The notes under the pieces are model-generated. The model did not search any database, had not been told where the DNA came from, and saw nothing but the letters and a program-made list of their open reading frames with translations. Positions 14,301 to 25,559 of a stretch of 38,792 nt of DNA are shown in pieces. Positions within the stretch are counted from its first letter, which is position 1, and each line of letters starts with the position of its first letter. Source of the DNA: Chrysochromulina tobinii (taxonomy: Eukaryota); contig JWZX01003291.1 in assembly GCA_001275005.1 (NCBI GenBank), positions 1 through 38,792 of the forward strand. Reading direction: 5' to 3'. The position numbers and the translations under genes are program-made.

Positions 14301-14846
14301 GAACTGCAAAACGAATGAGGTTGACATTCTCGCGCGCTCTGCTACTCGTCCAGGACTCGGACTCGTCTCGGTCGGGACGTGCTCGGTTTTCACATGTTTT
14401 CAGACGGCTTTCCTTTCGCGCATCAAACTGTGTTTTCTGCAAAAAATTAGAAGGAAAGAAGCGTGGTGGTTATTCATCCTGGCGAGCTCCTGAAAGCTAA
14501 AGAGGCTCGCATTAATCGAATAGGCGAGTGCGCTGTTGCCTGATCGTAATTGCTAATTCGTACACGCCGGGGCGGAGCCAAATACAGACCGGTCTACACG
14601 AGCCGGCCGGCTCGGCGGAGGCAACGGCGGTGGTCGGTGTCGTCGCACGTCGGGCGCCGAATTCCCTACAAATCTACGGAACGGTACTCAGCCTAGCTTA
14701 CGTAAGCACTTTTATCGTATTCCCACACTCAGAGGCGTCCGACTCGCCACGCAGGTGGCGGGGTGGCGCGATCCCGTGCACGCGCGACGCCACAACGCCA
14801 CATGTGCCTGAGTGACATCGACGTCCCCCAGTGCTCCCGCTGGCCG

Positions 14847-16010
14847 CTAGAGCGGCCGTGCGTCTAAGGACGCGCCTGCCGTGTACGCGAAGGCCGCCTC
14901 CGCACATAGCGGCGCCTTGGCCACGCGCAGCACCATCGTCTTCGCGGCGGGCGCGTGCACCGCTCCCGGCGGCGGCGGCGGCGGCAGCGTCGCGTGGCGT
15001 GTGAAGGCGGCGTCGTACTGGGCGGCATGCTCGATCGCGAGGCGCACGTTGACACTGTGCGCCCAAGCTGTGCCGAGATACGCGTGCAGCTGCGCATCGT
15101 CCTGCCCAAGCACCGAACTCACGTCACCCACCTCGCCTCGCCCATAGCCGCCCACCGGGCCTGCCACGACATGGTTGACACACAGCACGCACGTTGCAAA
15201 CGCATCGGCATAGAGCTTGAGGCGAGCGGCGAGGGCGACGACCGCGCTCTGCCGGCGCAGCACGTTCCCCCCGCGATCAAAGCCGCGATGCGCCGCCATC
15301 GCGATCGAATCGACAATCAGCAGCCCGACGCGCGGCGGCGTGAGCATATCGAGCTCAAGCTGCTCGCTGACCACTGTGCAAAAGTCAGCCCATGTCGAGG
15401 GACGATAGACGGTAAGGCGACGGAGGAGCTCCTCGGCAGGGGGTACGCCGCGGGCCAGCGATGACGCCAGCGCCGGTGCCGCCTCGGCGGTCGCACCCGC
15501 TTGGTCCATGGCGGATGGAGCTCCGAGCGTGCGGAGCAGCTGCAGCAGCCGCTTGGCGGAGAAGCTGCCCTCGGTGTCGATGTAGATGACGCGCGTGCCC
15601 TCGCCCGCGCCCGCGAGGAGCGCGTGCGCGGCAACCGACGAGCACAGCTGCGTCTTGCCCGAGCCCGCAGGCCCGACGAGCTCAGTGACAGCACGCATGG
15701 GCAGGCCGCCACCGAGGTGCGCATCGAGTGCCGCGAGGCCAGTTGGCACCGCGGCCGCGGGCAGGTGGTTGCTGGAGGCCGCTTGGCCGAGAAGGGTAAG
15801 CGCGCTTGGCGGTGGCGGCGCCACGTGCCGTGCCACGGCCTGAAGCAACACGCGCACTTCGGGCAGGAAGAGGTCGAGGGCGTCGATCAGATCGAGCTCG
15901 GTTGCTTGTAGGACGTCGCGACAGGTCGTGAAGCGTCGCAGCGCGGCGGCACGCACGTTAGCTGGTAGGCCGCTCACACGCGCAAGCGAGCGTTCGGCGC
16001 GCAAGGCCAT
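14847..16010 (-). CDS. RAD51B: RAD51 paralog, RAD51B-like
   Basis: PTGLAALDAHLGGGLP, Walker A GPAGSGKT, VIYIDTEGSF, Walker B LLIVDSIA, and C-terminal LGTAWAHSVNVRL. Confidence 0.85.
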   Translation of the reverse strand: MALRAERSLARVSGLPANVRAAALRRFTTCRDVLQATELDLIDALDLFLPEVRVLLQAVARHVAPPPPSALTLLGQAASSNHLPAAAVPTGLAALDAHLGGGLPMRAVTELVGPAGSGKTQLCSSVAAHALLAGAGEGTRVIYIDTEGSFSAKRLLQLLRTLGAPSAMDQAGATAEAAPALASSLARGVPPAEELLRRLTVYRPSTWADFCTVVSEQLELDMLTPPRVGLLIVDSIAMAAHRGFDRGGNVLRRQSAVVALAARLKLYADAFATCVLCVNHVVAGPVGGYGRGEVGDVSSVLGQDDAQLHAYLGTAWAHSVNVRLAIEHAAQYDAAFTRHATLPPPPPPGAVHAPAAKTMVLRVAKAPLCAEAAFAYTAGASLDARPL

Positions 16011-16251
16011 GGCCCGCCTACCCTTGTTTCGACGCGTGAACGAGCAAGCGGTCAGTGCGGCCCCTCGGAAAAATGAATGTAATGGGGCCCCGCACGGAAG
16101 CCTACCAAGGAGGAAGCGTTGTGTGAATGTGTCCAGTGTCCGCCAATTTGTGAAGCGTGCGGTGCGACGTCAACGTGAACGAGATCATATTGATGTTTGA
16201 TCTTGGGGGTCCTCCTTTGAGCTTTGTGACTAAAGACAGTTCCTCACCGTC

Positions 16252-16861
16252 TCAGTGTGATGGAGCGCTTCGCGAAGACGCAGCCGCTGACGGCTCCTCT
16301 CGCTCCTCCTCGAGCGGTGCGAAGCGCTCGGAAGGGCGCGCGAGCTCGACCGAGTGGACGTCGTTGGTGAGGCGACGCGGCAGTCCAATGAGCCCCAAGA
16401 GCGCGAGTGAGCCGATGCCAACACCGAGTCCCACAAAGACGAGAAGGACGCCCGAGGGGGAGGAGGTAGCTGCGGGGCGTGTCGAGAGCGCTATGGCAAG
16501 CAAGGGCGCAGCCAGCGCCGGCCCCAGCATCTTCCCTATGCCTTCTGTGAACGCGACGATGCCGTTGAGAGCGCCAGAGCGACTAGGGTCGCGCGCACAC
16601 AGCACGTTGCTCATCGAGACGAGGGACGTGCCGCCAAGGAGCATCGCGGACGACTGGACGGCGTACACGGCCGCTGCGGCCGCTGCCTGCCAGTACCGTT
16701 CATCTGCTCCGGAAGGAACCCCAAGCACCGTGCTGCCTGAACTGTCTGTAACGTCCGTGCCTCTGGTGCCTGTGTCACTCGCGTTCGCGCCGAACGCTGC
16801 CTCTACGGAAGCGGTGGCGGTGGCGGCGACGGTGGCGGCGGCGGTGGCGGCGGCGGTGGCT

Positions 16862-16895
<34 letters not shown>

Positions 16896-17928
16896 TGCTA
16901 CTGCCTTCATCTGAGATGAGCGGGAACAAGAGCATGAATGCGCCTCCGAGCGCGCAGCCTAGGATGAGGCTGCAGTAGAGGCCCAGGCGCCGCACAAGAG
17001 CGCCCATCACCGACACCGTGAAGAGGAATTGGAGGAACGACGACACAGCGAGCATCGAGCCCACCTCCTCCTCGACCAGAGCAAGCCCTCCTGCTCGTGC
17101 CGTGGCGATGGCCCACAGCGGCACGACGTCAAAGGCGGCAAACATGGCCATACCGTGCCCACTGCGCAAGAACATCACCAGCGGGAACGGGTGTGTGCAT
17201 AATGCACCGCGCAGCGGCTTCTGCTGCTGCCTCGTCGGCATACGCGTGGCAGACTGCTCCATGTAAGTGCCATCCTCGCTGCTGCCATCGACCGCTCCTT
17301 TTCGCGCCGGGACCGTCTCTGGTAGCCACGCATACGTGACCGCCACCGCAACGATGCCGAGCCCAAAGCCGACCAGCGAGGGCGCGAGCGCCGGGAAGCG
17401 CGCGCCGAGCACGCCATAAGTCCATCCAGCGATCGCAGGTCCAAGTGTCGCCGTCACAGAGCCTACGGAGATGATGTACGAGAAGACCTGCGTTTGGTAT
17501 GCCTCGCCTGCCACCTCCAAGGTGCACATGCCCATGAGCGAGACCCAGCCATTGCACATGCCCAGCAGGATGAGGCGCACGCCGATGGCCACGTAGATAT
17601 TGGTGGCGAAGCCGAAGGCGAGGTTGCCCAGTGCCACTGCGGCCATGCTTGCAATCATCGCCGGGCGCCGGCCAATGCGATCGGCAGCGTAGCCCCAGCT
17701 AATGGATGTGAACAGGCGACCTACGAGCACAGCCGTTGGCAGCAGACCCGCCACGTAGCCCGAACGGTCCCTATCTGGAGCCCAGCCGCAGTCCACCGCC
17801 AAGAAGCCGGCGTATGAGAAGATGGAGCAGAGCGAGTAGAAATGTGCGCTGTTGCAGACACTCAGGGCGATGACGGGTTTCCAACCCAGTATTGGGCCCG
17901 ACTCAGAATCCTTCACTTTCCGTATCAT
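16252..17928 (-). CDS. Major facilitator superfamily transporter (ZIFL/DHA1-like)
   Basis: Motif A WGYAADRIGRRP, GPAIAG, WLPET, about 12 hydrophobic segments, and a poly-Ala insertion in the C-terminal half. Confidence 0.88.
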
Positions 17929-18555
17929 CCCTGCTTCACCCTCGGTGGATCGGAGAAAGCGCCCGCATGCGTCGGGTTACTTGCCAAGTTTTTGCCTGCC
18001 CCACTCCTGGCTCCTTATGGAGCAGAAGTGACGAAATTCACAGGTGGGGCGTTCGGGGGAATTCAAAAGCCCCACCAGGGTAGCACCCGCGGGGCTGCAT
18101 TGAGCCAGTATAGAACAACTTGGCAACCTTCTGCTTGTCGAAACCGCGGCTTTTAAGCACGATGAAGGGTGGTTCTCGCGCGCGCTCTCGTGTGAAATTG
18201 AAGCTGCAGTCTCCGCGGGCCGCTGGGCTTGCACCGGACATGGGCGGCCACCCGTACATAGTCATAGAACAATGAACATGCGAATCACGCTTCAACTACA
18301 TGATACATGTGACGTACATCATCTCGTCGCGGAATGGACCGACAGATCCCACAACGCACTCGCTACGCTCCGATCTTCCCACACGGCTGACTGACAGTTG
18401 TCACGGTACGCACCTCGCTCCGCCGCTCGGCCGTCGGCTCGGCACGGTCGCGCCGCTACATAGAGTACGAACAACCGCGCTGCCGGCCACCTCTGACCCT
18501 CATCGGACCCCACGGCACTCCCATAAGGTGTATGCCCCTACCGAGAGCGCCCCAC

Positions 18556-20103
18556 TCAGCAGATGGCTTTGGCGATCTTTTCGAACTCCTCAAAGTTGAG
18601 CTGCCCGTCGTTGTCTGCGTCGGCACCCTTGAAGACCTCGAGCGCTTGCTTTCCGTTGGACAGGCCCGCCGTCTTGAGCACCTCGTACAGCTCGCGCTTA
18701 GAGATCGTGCCGCTGTCGTCGGCATCGATCTTCTTGAAGGCGGCGACGGCGCGCTCGTACCGCGAGAGCTGCAGCGCGTCCAGCGACGCCGAGAGCGAGG
18801 GCATCGACTGGGAGCCGATGCGCTTGGGGCGCTGTCCCCCAAACTCTTCGGTTGGAGGGAGCAGCTTCGTGAGCGTCTTCTTCATCTGCGCGAGTGGCAC
18901 CTCGCCCGCGCCCGCGGGATCGAGCCGCTGCAGCAACGCCTTGAGTTCGGGGTTGTGCACCTCGCGCCGTTCTGTCGGGATCTCGAGCCGCAGCGACGCC
19001 ATCCCCTCGCTCGACAGATTCTGGCGCATCTTCGCCATCGAGTTCGACATCATCGCGCGCTCGAGGGCGCCCGCGACCGCGAGCTTCTGTGCGAGCTCCA
19101 TGTGCCCGTGCCGGTTGTTGCAGAAGTCGTCGACCTTGGCGGCGCGCGCCTCGAGCTGCCCCTCGAGCGACTCGAGCTGGCTCTGCAGCTCGCCCATAGT
19201 CCTCTCAACACGTCCTCGCGACGCCGCCTCCTGCAGCTGGCGCTCGCGCATCGCCTCCGCGCGCAGCTGGCGCTCCCGATCGGCCTTGGCGTCGAGCTCG
19301 GCGTTCTTCTTGGCCTCCTGCTGCATGATCGCCTGCTTCCTCGCCTCCTGCAGCGCCTTCTGCTGCTCGATTGCGCGCACGATCTCTGCCTGCTTCTGCT
19401 CACCGTGCGCCTTGATCTCCGCCATCTTGCGCTCGCGCTCCGCCTGCTGTTCCTCCACGCGCCGCTGCTGCGCTTCCATACGCACCGCGTAGTCGGCTCG
19501 CTGCTGCGCGGTCATTGCGATGCGCTGCTGCGCCGCACGCTCCACCTTGGCCTGCGCCTCGTCCGCCTTGAGCAAGTTCTTCTCGAGCTGCGACTGCCGC
19601 TCGGCCGCGAGCCGCTCGCGCAGCTTCTGCTCTTTCATGGCGTCTTGCATGCGCTTGCTCTCGGCCATGGCCTCGCGCTCCTCGGCGGTGCGCTTGAGCT
19701 GGTCCTGGTGCAGCTGGTGGGCCATCTGCCGGGCCTGCTCCCGCTTCTTCACCTCGATGGCGCGCTCCCGGGCCTCCTCGGCCGCCTTTTGCGCCAGCCG
19801 CGCCTCGTCCTTGGCGCGCCGCTTCAGGAAAGCCCTTTGCTCTTCCTTCTGGGCGGCCTCGATGGCCAGCTCCATATTGTGCAGCTTGCTCGCCTTCTCC
19901 GATGCGTTGGCCTTCGCCGCCTTCTCCTCCGCTACCGCCGCCTCCTCCGCCGCCTTGGCCGCGCTCGTCATGGCGCGCTCCTCCGCGATCGCCTGCTGCA
20001 GCTTGGAGATCTCATTGAGAAGCTGCCGCTCGTAACGCGCTTGCGTGAGCTCGGTGAGCGGCGTGGCGATCTCGCTCGTGCTCGCCGTCCTCGACGGAGG
20101 CAT
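18556..20103 (-). CDS. Coiled-coil protein with C-terminal EF-hand pair
   Basis: E/Q/K/R/A-rich heptad region; EF loops DADDSGTISKRE and DADNDGQLNFEE. Confidence 0.85.
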   Translation of the reverse strand: MPPSRTASTSEIATPLTELTQARYERQLLNEISKLQQAIAEERAMTSAAKAAEEAAVAEEKAAKANASEKASKLHNMELAIEAAQKEEQRAFLKRRAKDEARLAQKAAEEARERAIEVKKREQARQMAHQLHQDQLKRTAEEREAMAESKRMQDAMKEQKLRERLAAERQSQLEKNLLKADEAQAKVERAAQQRIAMTAQQRADYAVRMEAQQRRVEEQQAERERKMAEIKAHGEQKQAEIVRAIEQQKALQEARKQAIMQQEAKKNAELDAKADRERQLRAEAMRERQLQEAASRGRVERTMGELQSQLESLEGQLEARAAKVDDFCNNRHGHMELAQKLAVAGALERAMMSNSMAKMRQNLSSEGMASLRLEIPTERREVHNPELKALLQRLDPAGAGEVPLAQMKKTLTKLLPPTEEFGGQRPKRIGSQSMPSLSASLDALQLSRYERAVAAFKKIDADDSGTISKRELYEVLKTAGLSNGKQALEVFKGADADNDGQLNFEEFEKIAKAIC

Positions 20104-20313
20104 GCTCGTCGAAGCGAGAGGTTCAAAGGACGAGGCTCCAAGGACGAGCCTCTCGCTTCGCGGACAGCCAGCGAGGCGGAGGTAGAACTGTCGGGACGCA
20201 CTGAGCCCAAAACGACGCGTCTGTATGTAAACTTAAGCGGATTGCCATATGAGTGATGTTTTTTCTTTGCGTAACGTCGAAACTGTGCATCCGCAACCGC
20301 GTATCCTCAGCAT

Positions 20314-22903
20314 ATGCAGGCAGAGTCGCCTTCCTTGGTGGCCGAGGAGGTGATATTCGCAGAGCTCTCCTCGCCGACGCCTCTGCTGTCGCCCGGCACG
20401 CCACCCTTCGTCTTCTCGCGCCTCGACGACGAGGAGAAGGAGGACCTGCCCGACCCGGCTGATTACTTGGACGACGAAGACGAGGATGAGGACGGCGGAA
20501 TCGCGCAGTACGAATTGCGTCTGCACCACCCGGAGCGTTCGGGCGGCACGGTGCCGGTGCGTGCGGGTGGCGCGGGTGGCTCGGCCGCCGGCGCCTCGCG
20601 CGCCGCCTCGCTCGGCGTCGCCGTCGAGCGTGCGCACATGCAAGTTGACGAGCTGCGCCAGTTCAAGACGCTGTGTGACCGGCTGCTGCCCGGGCTGAGG
20701 TCGCAATCGCACTTGTACACGCTCATCCATTTGGACGATCGGACGTATACGCTCACGCTCTCTGAGTGGGGCGAGGTCATCGGCGGCGCCACCTTTCGCC
20801 TCGTGCAGGCGACGGACACGCCGTGGCTGCTGCTCGACGTGCTGCTCCTGGCCGTCGAGCAGCGGGCGGGCGTGTGCGGCCGTGGGCACGGCACGCGGCT
20901 GGTCAACTACCTCAAGGAGCTCGCCATGCGTGTCGCGCGCCGGCGCGGCCTCGCTGCCGCCCTCCTAGCCCAATCTGACTGGCAGGCGGAGGTACCCGGC
21001 GGAGGTGCCGCATGGCAATTCTGGACACGCCAACGCCTGCGGGCGACGCCGCAGGCGACGCTCCTGACGCGGGCGCTGTTCCAGTGGGACAAGGCGAACG
21101 AGGTGTACGCGCACGCCGCACCCATGCTCTGTTGGCTCTCTCCCTCGATGCCTCCACGTCACGTACTCTGTCCGGTACGGCTAAGCGCACGTGCTCAACA
21201 GCAGGTACGCGCATCTCCCCACCGAGCTCGCATCTCCCATCGAGCTCGCATCTCCCATCGAGCTCGGGCCGTCAAGAGTGCCTCTGATGGCCATCGATAC
21301 TCACTGATGGCCTCCCTCATCAGGCGAGCCTCGAGAAGCACTGATGACCTCTGATGAGCCCTGATGGCCTCCCTCATCAGGCGAGCCTCGAGAAGCACTG
21401 ATGACCTCTGATGAGCCCTGATTGCCTCCCTCATCAGGCGAGCCTCGAGAAGCACTGATGACCTCTGATGAGCCCTGATGGCCTCCCTCATCAGGCGAGC
21501 CTCGAGAAGCACTGATGACCTCTGATGAGCCCTGATGGCCTCCCTCATCAGGCGAGCCTCGAGAAGCCCGATGCCTTTCGGCACACGCGGCACACTCGGC
21601 GTGTGAATGTGAAGTTGCAGGGCGCGCTCACGCTGCTCCCGCCGATCGAGCCCATCGATGTCGAAGGCGAGCGCTGGGATGCGTCCGCGAACGTTGAGGT
21701 CCGCCCGCGCGACCGCGACCGAAGCCGCGGCGGCGGCGCCATCGCCCACGGCAGCGCCCACGGCAGCGCCCACGGCAGCGCCCACGGCAGCGCGCCACCG
21801 GCTCTGATGCGCCCGCTCGGGACGACGCTCGGGCCGCAAGCGGCACGTCGCCTCAAGTGTGAGGCGTGTGGGCAGCTGAGCAGCACCGACGACGTGTGTC
21901 GACCGGTCCAGCCGCAGCGCTCGCTTTCCGAGCCGGTGGCGTCGTCGTGGGCGCCGGTGGCCTCACCCGCATCGTCGCCGCGTCGTCATGGGCAGTCTAC
22001 CACAGCAGTGAGTTTCGTCAACGGATCGTCCTCCGGCGGGGCATCGCCGGTGCGCGCCTCGCGCCTGGCGCGCAGCAGCACTGTTGGCGCCGCCGCCGGC
22101 GCAGCCGAGCAGGTGCGCGAGTGCCGTTGCTGTGCACGGCAGCTCCACCAGATCTGCGATCACGATCGGCATAAGTTGTCAGACGCGGATGTGGAGCTGG
22201 CGCTGGCGGCACAGCGAGAGGCCGCCGCCGCGGCGGCGGCGCTCCACCTCGGCCTACCAGCCGCCGCCGACCCCGACCAGCAGTTTACGTGTGGTCGGTG
22301 CCTGGAGCTCATCGCGCGGGGAAGCGTACGTGACAGCACTGCCAGCGGCAGCGGCAGCGTCAGCGGCGGCGGCGGCAGCAGCAGCAGCAGAGAGGGTGTC
22401 GGCGGCGGCGGCGGCAAGGGCAAGCTTGCGGTCGACGGAATGCTCGCATTCCCAAATTTGGGAATGCTCGTGGTGGGCGAAGCGCGCGTGTGTCAGGCCG
22501 AGCTCCTCGTGCGCGTGTGTGCCGCGAGCGCAGCTTACCACGAACGCAAGCTCAAGGTCGATGCTTTGCTCGCCGTGCTCCGCCGCTATGCTCGCGTGCG
22601 CGTGCTCTTGGGCGGCGCGAGGCCCGTCGTCAAGGGCGAGTACCCCGCCATTCCCGTCAAGAGCACCGGGGGGACCGGCAGTGCTCGGGGCAGCGCTCGG
22701 GGCTCGGGTCGCGGCAGCGGGCGCGACGGTGGGCGCGGCGTCGGAGCAGGAAGAGGCATCAGCTCTCCCCATCCCCTCCCCTCCCCGTCTCCTGGCGCTA
22801 AGGGGCGGGCGGCGGCGCTGGCGCCAGTCAAGCAGCTCTCCGAAGAGGATGGAGGCGAGGGGCCTGCCTCGAGTCGCAAGCGTTCTGCAGAGAGCACATC
22901 GCT

Positions 22904-22938
<35 letters not shown>

Positions 22939-23489
22939 GGACATTCTCGCCCTCTCGCAAGCGCCACGCGAGTGGACTCGGGTCCACTTCACATTCACAC
23001 TCGAGTGGACTCGAGGCGGCCCTTGCAGCCATCGACGCGTCAGATCCCTTCGGGCTGCATCAGGCGTCGACGGGGCGGAGCCGCGGCAGCGGAGGTGGAG
23101 GCGTCGTAGTGGGCGCCGCCGGCAGCTGGCGAACAGGGCGTGGCGGGCGTGGCGGGCGCGGCGGGCGTGGCGGGCGCGGCAGCACGCCTCCGAGCGCCAT
23201 CCCGAGCGCACCCGTGCACGCCGTGACGAGCACTGCCACCATCGACGCGGACGGGCGCGTCGTAGTGGGCGTCCTCAACCATCACGTCTACGGCGGCGCG
23301 CGCCCTGGCTCGCTGCACAACGTCTACCTCAAGCTGCAGTACGAGGACGGGAGCCGCTCGAATGGCTTTGTGCCGGCGGTGGCGCTCCGGGGTGACCTGC
23401 AGGTGCTCCACCAGTACACCAAGAAGAAAGCTGGGATGAAAATCCTCAAGTACGTGGCAGGCGGAGGGGAGGGCGAGGACGACGAGTAG
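20314..23489 (+). CDS. GCN5-like GNAT acetyltransferase plus split PHD-finger protein, exons 20314-21204 and 21552-23489
   Basis: VIGGATFR...LLAVEQ...GRGHGTRLVNYLK (acetyl-CoA motif A) resembles the Gcn5/PCAF HAT. CEAC...CRCC...HQIC...CGRC is C4HC3 with long inserts. Donor CAG/GTACGC at 21204 and acceptor CATCAG/GCG at 21551 join in frame. Confidence 0.75.
21304..21567. repeat. 57-bp tandem repeat x4.6 spanning an intron 3' end and exon start
   Basis: Unit CTGATGGCCTCCCTCATCAGGCGAGCCTCGAGAAGCACTGATGACCTCTGATGAGCC starts at 21304, 21361, 21418, 21475 and 21532 (partial). Confidence 0.95.
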
Positions 23490-23755
23490 GCCGAAGAGAG
23501 AAGCAAATGATTGATGACGAGCCTCAGGATTTGCAGGTTTCCTATTGCAGCGTGGCGGAGTCGCCCTTTACATGTACATGTTGCATCACATGTTGTAACA
23601 CAGGGTGCAACGCAAGGGGCTGGGAGCCCCATAGTGCAACGGATACCAAGCGGGTACGGTTAGGCCGGTTACCTCTTCGTCGGCGACTCCGGCACCGGGG
23701 TGCGTCAACCGAACCTTTCTCGTGAAATGCGGGACAGCGGCCTTTCCCCCACCCC

Positions 23756-24550
23756 ATGGTGTACTGCTTGTGCCCCGACACCCCGCCGGAGAAGGTCAGC
23801 TCCAAGGGCTTCAATGGTACCAAGGGCCAACTGCTCCTCGAAATGCAGAACTCACCACACCGCTACGGCGTTGGACTCAAGGACGCGTGCTGCGCAGAGC
23901 CGTGCTGCTGCATCATCTCCATGATCGGCGTACCCTTTGGGTGCACCGCCTGCTGGGCGCGCAAGGCGGTGCTCGACAAGTATCACAACGGTCTGGACGA
24001 TTACACGTGCTGCCAGGGCTACCTCGGCCAGTGCTGCTGCGTCGATACGCGCGAGTGCTGCAAGGGCTCGGGCCTCGGCTTGTGCCTCGAGGGCTTCTGT
24101 TGCCCTGTGTTTTCGATCTCGCTCGCCCGCATCCACATAATGCACACCAAGCAGATCCGCCCCGACCCGTGCGACTACCAGCTGATCGCGTGCTCCAACT
24201 GCCTCCAGCTCGTCTCGTGCATCCTTGACATCGTCGCCATCTTCTTCGAGCCCGCCCGCGACTTTGCGCAGCTGCTGGACCTCGTCGTCGACCTGTTCAC
24301 GTGCTCGATCGCTGGGTGCATGGCCGCGCAGGTCCATCATGAAATCAAGAAGGACAACGAGGCCGGACAGATCATCTACATCGTCGTCGAGGGTATGCCG
24401 GTTGCCGGTGGCCTTGCGGCGCAGGACACCATGGGCGCCATCGCGTATGCGCAGCCGCAGCCCGTGGCCGTCGCGGTGCCCATTGGCCAGCCAGTGGGGG
24501 TCTACAGGAGCGCCGGTGCGCCGCCCAAGGCAGAGGAGATGACGCGCTGA
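23756..24550 (+). CDS. PLAC8 (Cys-rich) family protein
   Basis: GLKDACC...CCC, CTACWARK, CCQGYLGQCCC, CLEGFCCPVFSISLAR, CMAAQVHHEIK. Confidence 0.85.
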   Translation: MVYCLCPDTPPEKVSSKGFNGTKGQLLLEMQNSPHRYGVGLKDACCAEPCCCIISMIGVPFGCTACWARKAVLDKYHNGLDDYTCCQGYLGQCCCVDTRECCKGSGLGLCLEGFCCPVFSISLARIHIMHTKQIRPDPCDYQLIACSNCLQLVSCILDIVAIFFEPARDFAQLLDLVVDLFTCSIAGCMAAQVHHEIKKDNEAGQIIYIVVEGMPVAGGLAAQDTMGAIAYAQPQPVAVAVPIGQPVGVYRSAGAPPKAEEMTR

Positions 24551-25091
24551 GCACGCGCACCCTTCAGAGCGGCGGCCCACACGGCATGGACTGGCCGAGG
24601 CCAATACACACCAGGTTCGGCGTCGAGCAAGATTGTGTGCGCGCGCGTGGGCTCTCACTCGTCGTGAGAGTCGGCACAAGAACCGCGGCGGGTCTGGCGG
24701 TGGCTCGTAGCGTGGCGGGAGCCGGGGGCGGCGGCTGCAGTCTCTCTCACTCTCTCTCGTCCCACTGCCCCCCCTGCGTTCGGTTGTGCGCGGCGGCGCG
24801 ATGGTTGTGCGTCATTTGTACTTTTGCCGCCGTTTCGCTGCGAGTTGCGGTCACGTCGCAGGTCGACAGTTGCCCAGAGAGATATCGCCAGGTCGTGTTG
24901 TTAGAGGTGGGGAGTGTGCCCGATGATCTCAGTCGCACTCACATAAATTCGAGAATCGTCGTATAGGTGCCAGCACGACAGTACACTAGCCACTACATAC
25001 ACACCGCGCGCGCTGGCGCCAGCAGTACAAACCTGTCCACGGTCACGACGTGGGCGGGCGCGTGGCTGCTATGCCTTGCCTCGAGATTCAT

Positions 25092-25497
25092 TCACTGCTG
25101 CATGGGCCGCGCGCCTGCGGCGGTCGGCAGGAGGCCGGCAAGCGTAGTTGGCGGCGGCCCTGAGCTCTCAGAAGTAGCCAACTCCATCCGGAGCTGCCGG
25201 GTGAAGTTCTCATCCTCCTCGTCATCCTCCCACCCGTCCTGCCACATTGTGGGGTCCTCGACCTCCTCCGATATCTTGGACCAATCCTGCTGCTCAAATT
25301 CCTCGAAATCGTCGTCTTCCTGCGCGCGCGGGCGAACGAGGTGCGCACGGATTAGCCTCCGAGCCAGGCGGGCGGCGCTCTGACGCAGCTATTTCAGGGG
25401 GGCTGGGCCGGGGGTTTACCTCAAGCACGTCGACAATCTCCTCTGGCTTGCCCGAAGCAGCCGCCGGCGCGGCGGGCGCGGGAGCAGCAGACGACAT
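25092..25497 (-). CDS. SEM1: 26S proteasome lid / TREX-2 subunit SEM1/DSS1, 2 exons (25497-25420, 25319-25092), 101 aa
   Basis: Splicing out GT-AG intron 25419-25320 gives VLE/EDDDFEEFEQQDW...MWQDGWEDDEEDENFTRQLRMEL, the DSS1/SEM1 signature; not present as such in the ORF track. Confidence 0.9.
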
Positions 25498-25525
25498 GTC
25501 CGAGTGCACACGTCTCAAGGCATTC

Positions 25526-25553
25526 AGTCAAGTCAAGTCAAGTCAAGTCAAGT
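25526..25553. repeat. (AGTCA)5 microsatellite at the host/retroelement junction
   Basis: AGTCA x5 plus AGT, directly before CAAAAATG (25560). Confidence 0.95.
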
Positions 25554-25559
25554 TCAAAA

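Noticed and set aside
21304..21567. CRISPR array
   Set aside because: Units are tandem and identical with no unique spacers, the context is a eukaryotic intron, and there are no cas genes.
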